Shown: one piece after another, positions 53,125-63,079 of the stretch
Position numbering within the stretch: position 1 is the stretch's first letter
Layout: every line of letters starts with the position of its first letter
DNA from: Candidatus Cloacimonadales bacterium
GTDB lineage: Bacteria > Cloacimonadota > Cloacimonadia > Cloacimonadales > JAFGVF01
DNA length: 64,000 nucleotides
Reading direction: 5' to 3'
NCBI GenBank assembly: GCA_963662585.1
Contig: OY759729.1
Span: 3,072,001 to 3,136,000, forward strand
The notes under the pieces: generated by a model
Seen by the model: the letters and a program-made list of their open reading frames with translations, nothing else
Database searches by the model: none
Told to the model about the DNA's origin: nothing
Made by a program: the position numbers and the translations under genes

Positions 53125-53199
53125 TGGAGCGGGAAATGGGGTTCGAACCCACGACCCCAACGTTGGCAACGTTGTGCTCTACCACTGAGCTACTCCCGC
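53125..53199 (-). tRNA. tRNA-Gly(GCC)
   Basis: Third identical copy. Confidence 0.97.
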
Positions 53200-53559
53200 T
53201 CGACCATGTGAGAATATAAATATTAGTGAGGGCATTTCTTGTCAATATCTTTTTTTTATTATTATTTTTGAGATATGATTTACCTTCAAAGCATTTATCT
53301 AAATATCAACAAGTTAACATAATTTATTATTACAATAAAAAAAATAATAAAAATGCTTAGAAAAAGTCTTGTATTTCCTATAGCTTCATATCTCTTAATA
53401 ATAATTCTATAAAAAATTGAGGATAATCAAAGAGCCGTCATTAAAAGATGTAAATAGTTATTGACTAAATCTATCTTTTTATCATTTTATCTTTGTGATA
53501 TCAAGAAAAGTAATTATTATAGAATTATAAAATAATATTAAATAAAAAGAAAGGGGCTT

Positions 53560-54483
53560 ATGAAGAACATCATATTAAAGCAAGCTATGATGAATAAGGT
53601 ATTATATGCTCTAATACCATCCATCATATTATCAGTTTTTTTATTTGGCTGGCGTTCCTTAGTAGTCATAATGTTTACTAATACGATAGCTTTTTTGACA
53701 GAGTATCTATTTGTTCGTAAGAAAGCAAATGGAAAAGTTACTATGGCTGTTTTTGTAACAGGTACACTATTGGCTATGACCTTACCCCCCACGATACCTT
53801 TATGGATTGCTGGAGTTGGAGCTGTTATAGCTGTTGCTTTTGGTAAAATGGTATTTGGTGGTTTTGGCATGAATATCTTTAATCCTGCTATTGTAGGAAG
53901 AACATTTATCTATGTGTCATTCCCTCAGCAAATGACAATTGATTGGATAAAACCATTCACTTCTTTACCTGGAGGATTTGTTAACTATGCAAATAGTATT
54001 GATATGCAAACTTCAGCTACAATTTTAAGCTCATCTAAATTGGGTCAAACAACAGATTACTCTTCGTGGAGTGCTTTTTGGGGTACTATCCCTGGCTCTA
54101 TAGGAGAAACTTCGGCTATACTAATTCTAATTGGAGCAATTTATCTGATTATTACTAAAACAGCTAAGTGGCAAGCAATGGTAGCAACACTAGTCTCACT
54201 CTATCTTTTCAATATAGCATTTTATGGCTTTAGTGATGCCCTTTATTTTCTTTTAAGTGGAGGAGCTCTCTTTGGTATTGCTTACATGGTAACAGATCCA
54301 GTATCACAAGCTAAAACTAAATATGGATTATGGATTTATGGTATTATGATAGGATTCTTGACTGTCTTTATCAGGAAATATTCTCTCTTTAGTGAAGGCT
54401 TTATGTTTGCTATTCTGATAGCTAATACCTTTATGCCTATTATTGAATTCTATTTAGCTCCTAAGAAAAAGGGGGCTAAGTAA
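53560..54483 (+). CDS. rnfD: RnfD/NqrB family membrane subunit
   Basis: FGG.G.NIFNPA, flavinylation motif TSAT, PGSIGETS, M.TDPVS. Confidence 0.85.
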   Translation: MKNIILKQAMMNKVLYALIPSIILSVFLFGWRSLVVIMFTNTIAFLTEYLFVRKKANGKVTMAVFVTGTLLAMTLPPTIPLWIAGVGAVIAVAFGKMVFGGFGMNIFNPAIVGRTFIYVSFPQQMTIDWIKPFTSLPGGFVNYANSIDMQTSATILSSSKLGQTTDYSSWSAFWGTIPGSIGETSAILILIGAIYLIITKTAKWQAMVATLVSLYLFNIAFYGFSDALYFLLSGGALFGIAYMVTDPVSQAKTKYGLWIYGIMIGFLTVFIRKYSLFSEGFMFAILIANTFMPIIEFYLAPKKKGAK

Positions 54484-55176
54484 ATGGCACAAGAAAAGAA
54501 ATTATTCAGAGAAACTGCAATATATCCTATTTTCTTTATGGTCTTGATTACTATTTTGTTTGTGGGATTTCTTTCTTTCTTTTATAATATGCAAAAAGCA
54601 AGAATTGATGATAATCAGCAAATACTCTATTATCGTCAAATTTTAGAAATCTTTAATGATAAGATTACTGAGGTAGATTTTTATCAATTGCAAGACGATG
54701 AGGTTTTAGCAAACAGTGATAAATATCTTATTCCCTATAAATTAGAAAGTGAAAAAGGTGAAAGAAATTACTTCAAAGTAATAGATAATGGTACTGTAGT
54801 CGGTTACTGTTTTGATATAATCGGAGCAGGACTTTGGGGAACTATGAAAGCTGTGGTAGGCTTTGAACCTAATTTAGAGACTTTGATAGACTTTAATGTC
54901 TATGAGCAAGTAGAAACTCCTGGTTTAGGTGGAAGAATAGCTGAACCTGCTGAAAAGTTAAATCTTCGTTCTGATCTGAAAGGTAATACTTTCCTTACAG
55001 ATGGTGAAATAACTAATTACAAGTTGATTTCAGAAAGTTCAACTTCAGAAAGTAATAATGAAATCCGTCAGATTACAGGAGCAACTATTACCAGTAATAG
55101 CTTTCTTAAGATGCTAAATCAAGAGATGTCGATGATAATTCCCCACTTTAATGAAGAAATGGCCAAAGGAGAATAG
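54484..55176 (+). CDS. RnfG/NqrC FMN-binding subunit
   Basis: GLWG, ETPGLG, ITGATITS. Confidence 0.88.
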   Translation: MAQEKKLFRETAIYPIFFMVLITILFVGFLSFFYNMQKARIDDNQQILYYRQILEIFNDKITEVDFYQLQDDEVLANSDKYLIPYKLESEKGERNYFKVIDNGTVVGYCFDIIGAGLWGTMKAVVGFEPNLETLIDFNVYEQVETPGLGGRIAEPAEKLNLRSDLKGNTFLTDGEITNYKLISESSTSESNNEIRQITGATITSNSFLKMLNQEMSMIIPHFNEEMAKGE

Positions 55177-55178
55177 AA

Positions 55179-55775
55179 ATGACTAAGAAACAGATATTTA
55201 TGAATAGTGCTTTTACAGAGAATTCTATCTGGAAACAGGTATTGGGAATTTGCTCTTCTTTAGCCGTTACTAACCTTCTTATAAATAGTTTGGTGATGGG
55301 ATTAGGTGTTATTTTTGCAATAGGTTTAGCGAGTTTTTTCATTTCCTTAATCAGGGATTATACTCCTCGTTCGGTAAGAATGATGGTTCAAATTCTAATT
55401 ATTGCAGCCTTTGTGATTATTGTTGATATATTTTTAAAAGCTTATTATCCAACCATTAGCAAGAGTTTAGGACCTTATGTAGGACTAATTATTACTAACT
55501 GTATTCTCATGGGTAGGGCAGAGGCCTTTGCTTCTAAGAACCCTCCTGTAGACTCCTTTATCGATGGTGTGGGTGCTGGTGTTGGTTACACAATAGTTTT
55601 GTTAATGATAGCCTTTGTAAGAGAACTCTTTGGTCAAGGAACCCTTTTCGGTGCAAGAGTTCTTGGTGATTGGTGGGTGAATTGGTCAATTATGGTTATG
55701 GCACCATCTGCCTTCTTCCTTTTAGCTATGCTAATCTGGATTATTAACACTAAATTCTATAACAAAAAACAATAA
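55179..55775 (+). CDS. RnfE/NqrD subunit
   Basis: LGICSSLAVT, LIITNCILMGRAE. Confidence 0.9.
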   Translation: MTKKQIFMNSAFTENSIWKQVLGICSSLAVTNLLINSLVMGLGVIFAIGLASFFISLIRDYTPRSVRMMVQILIIAAFVIIVDIFLKAYYPTISKSLGPYVGLIITNCILMGRAEAFASKNPPVDSFIDGVGAGVGYTIVLLMIAFVRELFGQGTLFGARVLGDWWVNWSIMVMAPSAFFLLAMLIWIINTKFYNKKQ

Positions 55776-55785
55776 GGAGTAAATA

Positions 55786-56373
55786 ATGGAAATTAGTCCT
55801 TGGGTCCTTTTTTGGGCATCGATATTTACCAGTAATATATTGCTTACCAACTTCTTAGGAATGTGCTCTTATCTTTCGGTTTCGAGAGAAGTAGAGTCAT
55901 CATTCGGACTTGGTACTGCTGTCTTTTTTGTAACAACAGCCACAACTGCTATTAACTGGGCTGTTTATCATTTAATTATCTTACCTGCAGATATTGTTTA
56001 TTTGCAGTATATTATATTCATTATTGTGATAGCTGCTTTTGTTCAACTTACTGAGATTATAGTTGAGAGATTCTCACCAGTTTTATACTACACTCTCGGT
56101 ATCTTCTTACCTTTAATCACGGTGAATTGTGCCATTCTTGGTATCAGTTTATTTATGATAATCAGGGATTATTCCTTTATCCAGTCAGTAGCTTTTGGAG
56201 CTGGTTCCGGTCTAGGTTGGTTACTTGCGATAATGCTTTTAGCAGGAATTAGAACCCGATTAAGAGAAAAATTTATTCCTACAGGTTTGCAAGGTGCAGG
56301 GATGAGTCTGTTAATTACCGGAATAATGGCTTTGGCTTTTATCGGTTTTTCTGGTATAGTTAATGTTCAGTAG
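55786..56373 (+). CDS. RnfA/NqrE subunit
   Basis: FLGMCS, LPLITVNCAILG. Confidence 0.9.
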   Translation: MEISPWVLFWASIFTSNILLTNFLGMCSYLSVSREVESSFGLGTAVFFVTTATTAINWAVYHLIILPADIVYLQYIIFIIVIAAFVQLTEIIVERFSPVLYYTLGIFLPLITVNCAILGISLFMIIRDYSFIQSVAFGAGSGLGWLLAIMLLAGIRTRLREKFIPTGLQGAGMSLLITGIMALAFIGFSGIVNVQ

Positions 56374-56381
56374 GGAGCTGT

Positions 56382-57488
56382 ATGAATTATCTTAAAATTA
56401 TTAATGAAATATTAATCCTAGCAGGGATAAGTGGAGTCTTATCAACTTTAATTGTCGTGGCAAAAGCTATTTTGCAGAATTATGGTGATTGTGAAATTGA
56501 TATTAACGGAAAGAGGAAAGTAACTGTTAAGGGTGGTTCTTCTTTACTAACATCTTTAGCTGAAGAGAGTATTTTTGTTCCTTCTGCTTGCGGTGGAAGA
56601 GGTTCTTGTGGAGCTTGTAAATGTACGGTTATTGAAGGTGGTGGGCCAATTCTTCCTACAGAGAAACCCTTCTTTACTGCCAAAGAATTAGCTGAGAATA
56701 ATCGTTTAGCTTGTCAGGTTAAAGTAAAGAATAATATCAAAATCGAGATTCCGGAAGAGATTTTTAATATTAGAAAGTTTAAATCTAAAGTAGCAAAGAT
56801 TGAAGATTATACTTATGATATTAAAGGGCTTACTTTTGATTTAATCTCTCCTAGTGAGATTGATTTTAAAGCAGGGCAATATGTTCAATTACGCTCACCA
56901 AAATATGCTAAAGTTAGAGAAAGTGTAACTAGAGCATATTCTATTTCTTCAAAACCTAGTCTCAAGAACCAACTACAACTTATTATTAGAAGAGTTCCTG
57001 AAGGTATTTGTACCAGCTGGGTGCATGATTTCCTTAAAGAAGGACAAGATGTTGAAATTACTGGACCTTATGGTGATTTCTTTATCAGAGATACAAAGGC
57101 AGATATAATCTTTGTTGCTGGTGGTTCTGGTAAGGCTCCGATTAAATCTATGCTAGAAGATCTTGCTGAAAAGGGCTGTGACAGAAAGATGAGTTACTTC
57201 TTTGGAGCTAGAACTACTAAAGATCTTTATTTAACAGAATATATAGAATCCTTTAGTAAGGTTTTCCCTGATTTTACTTATTATCCAGTTCTTTCTCATG
57301 CTGAGCCAGAAGAAAATTGGCAAGGAAAAACTGGTTTTGTTATGCCTTATTTCCCTGAAGCTATCCGCGATCCTAAAAACACTGAAGCTTACCTTTGTGG
57401 TTCACCTGGTATGATAGCTGCTGTTACTAAAGGATTAAAGGATTTAGGTGTTCCAGAAGATAAAATATATTATGACTCTTTTGCTTAG
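56382..57488 (+). CDS. NqrF-like 2Fe-2S / FAD / NAD oxidoreductase
   Basis: N-terminal TM helix, CGGRGSCGAC..RLAC, RAYS, GPYG, GGSG.AP, YLCG.P.M. Confidence 0.88.
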   Translation: MNYLKIINEILILAGISGVLSTLIVVAKAILQNYGDCEIDINGKRKVTVKGGSSLLTSLAEESIFVPSACGGRGSCGACKCTVIEGGGPILPTEKPFFTAKELAENNRLACQVKVKNNIKIEIPEEIFNIRKFKSKVAKIEDYTYDIKGLTFDLISPSEIDFKAGQYVQLRSPKYAKVRESVTRAYSISSKPSLKNQLQLIIRRVPEGICTSWVHDFLKEGQDVEITGPYGDFFIRDTKADIIFVAGGSGKAPIKSMLEDLAEKGCDRKMSYFFGARTTKDLYLTEYIESFSKVFPDFTYYPVLSHAEPEENWQGKTGFVMPYFPEAIRDPKNTEAYLCGSPGMIAAVTKGLKDLGVPEDKIYYDSFA

Positions 57489-57497
57489 GAGAAACAA

Positions 57498-57953
57498 ATG
57501 AAATTAAGTCCTAATGATAAAATTATACAAGATAAAATGAAACCTGGCATATTAACAGCTGATGGTTTCCTTGGCACTGATAAAAGAAACTTTAGAGATA
57601 TTATCGCTGAAGATATGAAAGTAACTAGTACTTTCGAGAGATCTTTAGAAGATATTTCTAGAAGAATGGAATATCTTATGGAGAAGTCTTTTCTCTCCTA
57701 TGATAGTTCAATCGTAGTTGATGGAAAGTATGAAGTGGAATACAACTCATACCGAGGTGTGCTTTTAAGTCCATTTCCAAAAGCTGGAAGATTTGGTAAA
57801 GCAACCATTAAAGTGACTAATATGAAAAACCATTTTAGTGTAATGTGGACACCTTTGCATGTTCACTTTATTCGTGATTATGGCTTCTTTGAAGGTAAAG
57901 GTTCTAAATTTAGAATCGAACCAGAGATATTATATAAAGCTATTTTCGATTAA
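57498..57953 (+). CDS. Hypothetical protein
   Basis: AGGAG RBS, operon spacing; GFLG.D.R and GFFEG.GS.FR look like conserved motifs. Confidence 0.8.
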   Translation: MKLSPNDKIIQDKMKPGILTADGFLGTDKRNFRDIIAEDMKVTSTFERSLEDISRRMEYLMEKSFLSYDSSIVVDGKYEVEYNSYRGVLLSPFPKAGRFGKATIKVTNMKNHFSVMWTPLHVHFIRDYGFFEGKGSKFRIEPEILYKAIFD

Positions 57954-57955
57954 TT

Positions 57956-59296
57956 ATGTTTACTGATAGAATTAGAATTTATCAAGAAGGAGTCCTCAGT
58001 CATGGGGACTTCATTCTTTATTGGATGCAGCAAAGTCAGCGAGCAAGCTATAACCATGCTTTAGAATACGCAATTCAGATGGCTAATAAGAATAAACTTC
58101 CTCTTTTAGTTCTTTTTGTTTTTGATACTAATTTCCCAGAAGCTAACCAGAGACATTTTACTTTTATGATTCAAGGTCTAAAAGAAGTTCAAGCTCAACT
58201 TAAAAAGAGAAACATTAGACTTATCTTTAGGCAGGGTAATATAGTCGAAGAAGTGGTTAAAATTGCCCAAGACTCTGCTATGCTGATTAGTGATTTTGGT
58301 TACTTGAGAATTCAAAGAGAATGGAGAGAAGAAATAGCTGTGAGAATTACTAAAGCATTCTTATGTATAGAAAGTGATGTTATTCTTCCTGTTGAAATCG
58401 CTTCTGATAAACAAGAGTATATGGCTAGGACAATTAGGCCTAAGATTGAAAAGAGACTTGAAGATTATTTAATTCCATTTAAAGATTCTCCTTATGAGAA
58501 TTCTTATCTTGATAAATTCATATCTATAGATCCCCAAGAAGTTCTAAAATTAGTTGATTCTTCCGTAAAGCCAGTAAAGTCATTCCAAGGTGGCTATTCA
58601 TCAGCATTAGCTCAACTTGATAATTTTATCCTTAAAAAACTTCCTAATTATCATCTGCATAATAAAGATCTAGTTAATCCTAACTACTCTGAGCTAAGTC
58701 CCTATCTTCATTTTGGGCAAATCTCAGTTCTCGAAATAGTAGAGAGGATTAAGAAGGCAAGTGTTCATATAGAAGCTAAAAGTGCTTTTTTAGAGCAACT
58801 TATAGTTAGAAGAGAATTAGCTATTAATTTCTGTTATTTTAATCCTAACTATGATAATTATGAGCATATCAATCCCACTTGGGCTTCTGAATCTTTAGAA
58901 TTTCATACTATTGATAAAAGAGAATATATCTATGATTTAGATACGCTTGAGAATGCCCAAACACATGATCCTGCTTGGAATACAGCACAAGGTCAAATGG
59001 TTAATACTGGTTATATGCATAATTACTTAAGGATGTATTGGGGGAAGAAGATAATCGAATGGAGTGCATCTCCTCGTGAAGCCTACTATAATATGCTTTA
59101 TCTTAACAATAAGTATGAATTAGATGGTAGAGATCCAAACGCTTTTACCGGAGTTGCATGGTGCTTTGGAAATCATGATACTGCTTGGAAGGAGAGAGAT
59201 ATCTTTGGTAAAGTTAGATATATGAATTATCAAGGACTCAAACGGAAGTTTGATATTAAGAAATATGAAGCTGAATTAGAATTTAGAATCTTATAA
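57956..59296 (+). CDS. phr: Class II CPD photolyase
   Basis: YWMQ..QR...N.AL, LSPYLHFGQIS, RREL, YLRMYWGKK, DGRDPN. Confidence 0.92.
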   Translation: MFTDRIRIYQEGVLSHGDFILYWMQQSQRASYNHALEYAIQMANKNKLPLLVLFVFDTNFPEANQRHFTFMIQGLKEVQAQLKKRNIRLIFRQGNIVEEVVKIAQDSAMLISDFGYLRIQREWREEIAVRITKAFLCIESDVILPVEIASDKQEYMARTIRPKIEKRLEDYLIPFKDSPYENSYLDKFISIDPQEVLKLVDSSVKPVKSFQGGYSSALAQLDNFILKKLPNYHLHNKDLVNPNYSELSPYLHFGQISVLEIVERIKKASVHIEAKSAFLEQLIVRRELAINFCYFNPNYDNYEHINPTWASESLEFHTIDKREYIYDLDTLENAQTHDPAWNTAQGQMVNTGYMHNYLRMYWGKKIIEWSASPREAYYNMLYLNNKYELDGRDPNAFTGVAWCFGNHDTAWKERDIFGKVRYMNYQGLKRKFDIKKYEAELEFRIL

Positions 59297-59466
59297 GACT
59301 GTGACCAAGGCTCTCTTTTAGACTAGGCTTAATCATGGGTTGCATCCTAAATAGCGGGGTTTGCTTCAAATTAAAAAAAGCCTAGGTTCTCATTTCTAAG
59401 AAATTTCCCCTAGGCAAGAATTTAGCACAAAGGATAACCCTGTAAAATTATCTCATACTGAAAATG

Positions 59467-59847
59467 CTACTTCAATCTAAAAGTATGAGGCAGAATCTCT
59501 TTAAGGGTAGTTTCAGTAATTTGAATATCATTCCCATAGTAAATAATTATGTCTTCACCAAATTCAGCAAGGACTTGCCTGCAAGCTCCACATGGAGGGA
59601 ATATTTTCTCAGAGTCAACATAAATAGCAATCTCTTTGATATTTCTATCTCCCTCAGCTACCATATTGAAGATAGCATTTCGTTCAGCACATATTGAAAG
59701 CCCATAAGAGGCATTCTCAACATTACATCCTTTATATATGTTCCCTGTATCAGTGATTAGGGCTGCTCCTACTCTAAAGTGAGAGTAAGGTGCGTAAGCT
59801 TGTTGAGCAACCTCTTTAGCTAATTTAAAAAGCTTTTTATTAATCAT
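59467..59847 (-). CDS. cdd: Cytidine deaminase
   Basis: AYAPYS.F.VGAA, CAERNA, PCGACRQ. Confidence 0.95.
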   Translation of the reverse strand: MINKKLFKLAKEVAQQAYAPYSHFRVGAALITDTGNIYKGCNVENASYGLSICAERNAIFNMVAEGDRNIKEIAIYVDSEKIFPPCGACRQVLAEFGEDIIIYYGNDIQITETTLKEILPHTFRLK

Positions 59848-59865
59848 AAATGTTTCCTTTTGAGT

Positions 59866-60966
59866 TTATGAAAGTAAGGCAATAATAATTCCACCTGCGA
59901 TGACAGAACCAATCTGTCCTGCAACATTAGCACTAACAGCTGGCATAAGTAGGAAGTTGTATGGGTCTTCTTTTAATCCCATTTTATGAACTACCCGAGC
60001 AGACATGGGGAAAGCAGATATTCCACAAGCACCAATCATAGGATTAACTTTATTCTTAGAGAAGATATTCATTATTTTAGCAAAGATAACACCACCTGCT
60101 GTATCAAAAACAAAAGCAACTAGTCCTAAACAAAGAATCATTATAGTCTGCCATTGTAAGAACTTATCTCCAGTCATAGTAGAAGATATAGCAATTCCAA
60201 GCACGATAGTTATTAAGTGGGCTAGAGTTGTTTGGGCAGTTTCTGAAATAGATTGTAAGACACCACATTCTCTAATCAAGTTACCAAACATCAAGAATCC
60301 GATTAAAGATACTGAATCAGGGGCTACTAGACCTGCTGCAAAAGTAACTAAGATAGGGAAGAGGACTTTTACTATTCTAGGTATATCTGTTGCTTGATAT
60401 TCCATTCTGATTAAACGCTCTTTTTTACTTGTAAGAAGTCTAATGACAGGAGGTTGAATTAGGGGCACTAAGGCCATATAAGAGTATGCTGCTACGGAGA
60501 TAGGACCTAACAAATCTTTAGCAAAGCGGTTAGCGACAAAGATAGAAGTAGGACCATCAGCAGCTCCGATAATACCTATAGCAGCAGCATCTTGAATCCC
60601 AAAACCAACAGCAGCTGCTAAGATGATGGTAACAAAAATACCAAACTGAGCAGCACCACCAAAAAGTAACATTTTAGGGTTTTGTAATAGAGGTGTGAAG
60701 TCAATCATTGCCCCGATAGCAATGAATAGAATTAAAGGAAAAAGCTCATTCGCAATACCCATATTGAAGAGTATTGTCAGAGCACCGTGTTCTCCAATTG
60801 CCCCAGAAAAGGGGATATTAGTAAGAATAGTACCAAACCCTAAGGGTAATAGCAAAGTCGGTTCATAATCTTTGGCAATAGCAAGATAGATTAATATCCC
60901 ACCTATGAGATACATAACCCATAAACGCCAATCATCTAAAGCTAAAGCACCACGAAAAAATTCCAT
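59866..60966 (-). CDS. oadB: Na+-translocating decarboxylase beta subunit
   Basis: EP.LL.P.GFG, IGIIGAADGPT, AAYSYMAL.P, SAFPMSAR. Confidence 0.88.
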   Translation of the reverse strand: MEFFRGALALDDWRLWVMYLIGGILIYLAIAKDYEPTLLLPLGFGTILTNIPFSGAIGEHGALTILFNMGIANELFPLILFIAIGAMIDFTPLLQNPKMLLFGGAAQFGIFVTIILAAAVGFGIQDAAAIGIIGAADGPTSIFVANRFAKDLLGPISVAAYSYMALVPLIQPPVIRLLTSKKERLIRMEYQATDIPRIVKVLFPILVTFAAGLVAPDSVSLIGFLMFGNLIRECGVLQSISETAQTTLAHLITIVLGIAISSTMTGDKFLQWQTIMILCLGLVAFVFDTAGGVIFAKIMNIFSKNKVNPMIGACGISAFPMSARVVHKMGLKEDPYNFLLMPAVSANVAGQIGSVIAGGIIIALLS

Positions 60967-60985
60967 TATTTCTCCAATTATATAT

Positions 60986-61999
60986 TTATTTTTTTAAAAA
61001 TCTTAGTAGAGTTTGAGGAAACTTATCAGTAACTAATAAGAAAGAGTTATTTCTGTATGTAACTAAGCCTTCCCAGTTGTAGGAGACATCTCTTAACTCT
61101 TTTTTGATATAGACAGGGTCTCTGCTATTATCATATTGAATCTTATTATCAGTAATTATCAGTGGAATAATTCTTTCAAGACCGATTTCTACATTATTTT
61201 CTTCTGCGAAAGTATTAGGAATCATATCTTCATCAGGAAGATAATGATTAGCATCGCCAGGCCAGAAATAATTTATAGCCCAGCCTCTACCTGTTTTATC
61301 AAAAGAAGAAACATCGGTGATTCTATATTCTATAGACTCAAAACTAACATCTTCTACTGTTTGAAAGTCTTTAGAAATTCTCTTAGCAATTGGTCTTTTA
61401 TTAATTCTAGAGCCATTTGCTTCATAAATTACATAGATATGATTATCATAGACAAATATTGATTCATAGGAGGCATTAAAGACATGAGTTGGAAGATCTA
61501 GGATAATATGCTCTTCATTAAGGATTTCCAATTCTTTATTATTAGCTGAAAGACGGGCTTTAACAACTGCTGCTTGGTTAGTGTCGGAATTATACTCTAC
61601 TGTAAGATAGAAATATTCGCCATCGAAACATATTCCCTCAAAACCTTCGTAACCAGGTAAAAATTTATAAGTTAGGTTATTGACAACTTTTATTACTTCA
61701 GTTTCGACTACTCTTTTTCCCTTGCGTTTTATAGCACTAGTTAAGTTATCTTTAGTGATTAAGAATATTGCGTCTTGGTCAATTTTACTGCGGAAATAAG
61801 ATGGATATTGAGGAAGAAGAATTAAATTATCTCCATACCAACATAGGGAAGAGTATTCAGCATTTCGATCAGAATTTAATTCTGAAAGTTTTATATCGAA
61901 ATATTGGTGAGAATAATCTTTATTATCACTCCCTGTAAATAAAGAACAAGAAGTTAGAATTACAGCTAAAAAGCTCAATATTAGTAATTTCTTCAACAT
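60986..61999 (-). CDS. Lipoprotein, beta-propeller-like
   Basis: Lipobox LTSC; repeated EYSS / FEGI / YESI / NWEG blade-like motifs. Confidence 0.7.
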   Translation of the reverse strand: MLKKLLILSFLAVILTSCSLFTGSDNKDYSHQYFDIKLSELNSDRNAEYSSLCWYGDNLILLPQYPSYFRSKIDQDAIFLITKDNLTSAIKRKGKRVVETEVIKVVNNLTYKFLPGYEGFEGICFDGEYFYLTVEYNSDTNQAAVVKARLSANNKELEILNEEHIILDLPTHVFNASYESIFVYDNHIYVIYEANGSRINKRPIAKRISKDFQTVEDVSFESIEYRITDVSSFDKTGRGWAINYFWPGDANHYLPDEDMIPNTFAEENNVEIGLERIIPLIITDNKIQYDNSRDPVYIKKELRDVSYNWEGLVTYRNNSFLLVTDKFPQTLLRFLKK

Positions 62000-62243
62000 A
62001 TTTATATCCTTTTTTTCTAATAATTTTAAGTATAGTACAAAAAACTTATTACGCCTATCAAGTAAAGGAAAAGTTTAATTTAATGTTCAGAACTATAAAA
62101 TCAGCCAGTCTTTTCTTAGGTAACAAGAGGGTGTTAAGTTATTGACCGCAGATACTGCCAATACTTGGGGAGATACTCATGGAGTGTCTTGAAACAATCC
62201 CTAGAATATCTAGGATCCCTCTGAGATATTCTCCATTCAAAAT

Positions 62244-62849
62244 CTAACTTTCTTCTTCTTTTTTCTTTCTTGGCTTTCTCTTTTTTGCAACTATTTCCAC
62301 GACTTCATCAGCTTCTTTCTCAACTTTCTTGGAAGGCTTCTTTACTGTTTTTTTAGGTAATTCTGTTATAATTTCTTCAGGAGATTCCTCTTTAGATTCA
62401 TCAATTTCAAGAGTTAGACCTTGCTCAGGTTCAATATAGGTAATAGGTTCGGATATTTTAACTTGCTTCATCTCTATCTTTATGACAGGCTCAATTTTAT
62501 GAGTTACTATGTATAACTCTTTTCCTTTAGTTAGGGCAACTTTTTTCTCAATATCCATAGCTTCTAAAGATTTTAAGTTTATAACTTCTTCAATCTTTCC
62601 ACTTTTCTTATCTACTATTTGTACAAAGGCTTGTTTAGTGGCCATAAATACTACCTCCAATTGGTATTTTTCTGGGAATTTTTCTATTGTTTCATAAACA
62701 AATTTGTTATATTTCTTCTTATTTTTTTGATAATAATCACGAAAGGAGTCGCACTTTTCAATAGCGTCGCATACTGAACATAAGGATGGCGTTAAAAATC
62801 TAAATTTATTTTTTGGGCAAAAGGTGAATTTTCTTTTTCTGCGAGCCAT
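62244..62849 (-). CDS. Hypothetical protein with Lys/Glu-rich tail
   Basis: 201-aa ORF with a Cys-rich N-terminus; strong alternative start at 62645. Confidence 0.65.
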   Translation of the reverse strand: MARRKRKFTFCPKNKFRFLTPSLCSVCDAIEKCDSFRDYYQKNKKKYNKFVYETIEKFPEKYQLEVVFMATKQAFVQIVDKKSGKIEEVINLKSLEAMDIEKKVALTKGKELYIVTHKIEPVIKIEMKQVKISEPITYIEPEQGLTLEIDESKEESPEEIITELPKKTVKKPSKKVEKEADEVVEIVAKKRKPRKKKEEES

Positions 62850-63079
62850 TAATTTATTGTCATACTCCTTAATTTATTTTATTACTTAACTTTAATATTA
62901 AAATAATGATTATTAGTCAATGATTATCTTGAAAAAGATGTAATTTATTGGCTGAAACTGCTTTGTTGATTCACCTAAATAAAGTTGGATTTAGTTCTTA
63001 TCTTTAAATATATAAAGTCTTATCTTGACAAAACTAAAATTATATTATGCTATGTAACAAATATTAATGGAGGAAAATT

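Noticed and set aside
52462..53219. ORFs with MEREMGFEPTTPTLATLCST repeats
   Set aside because: These are translations of the tRNA genes.
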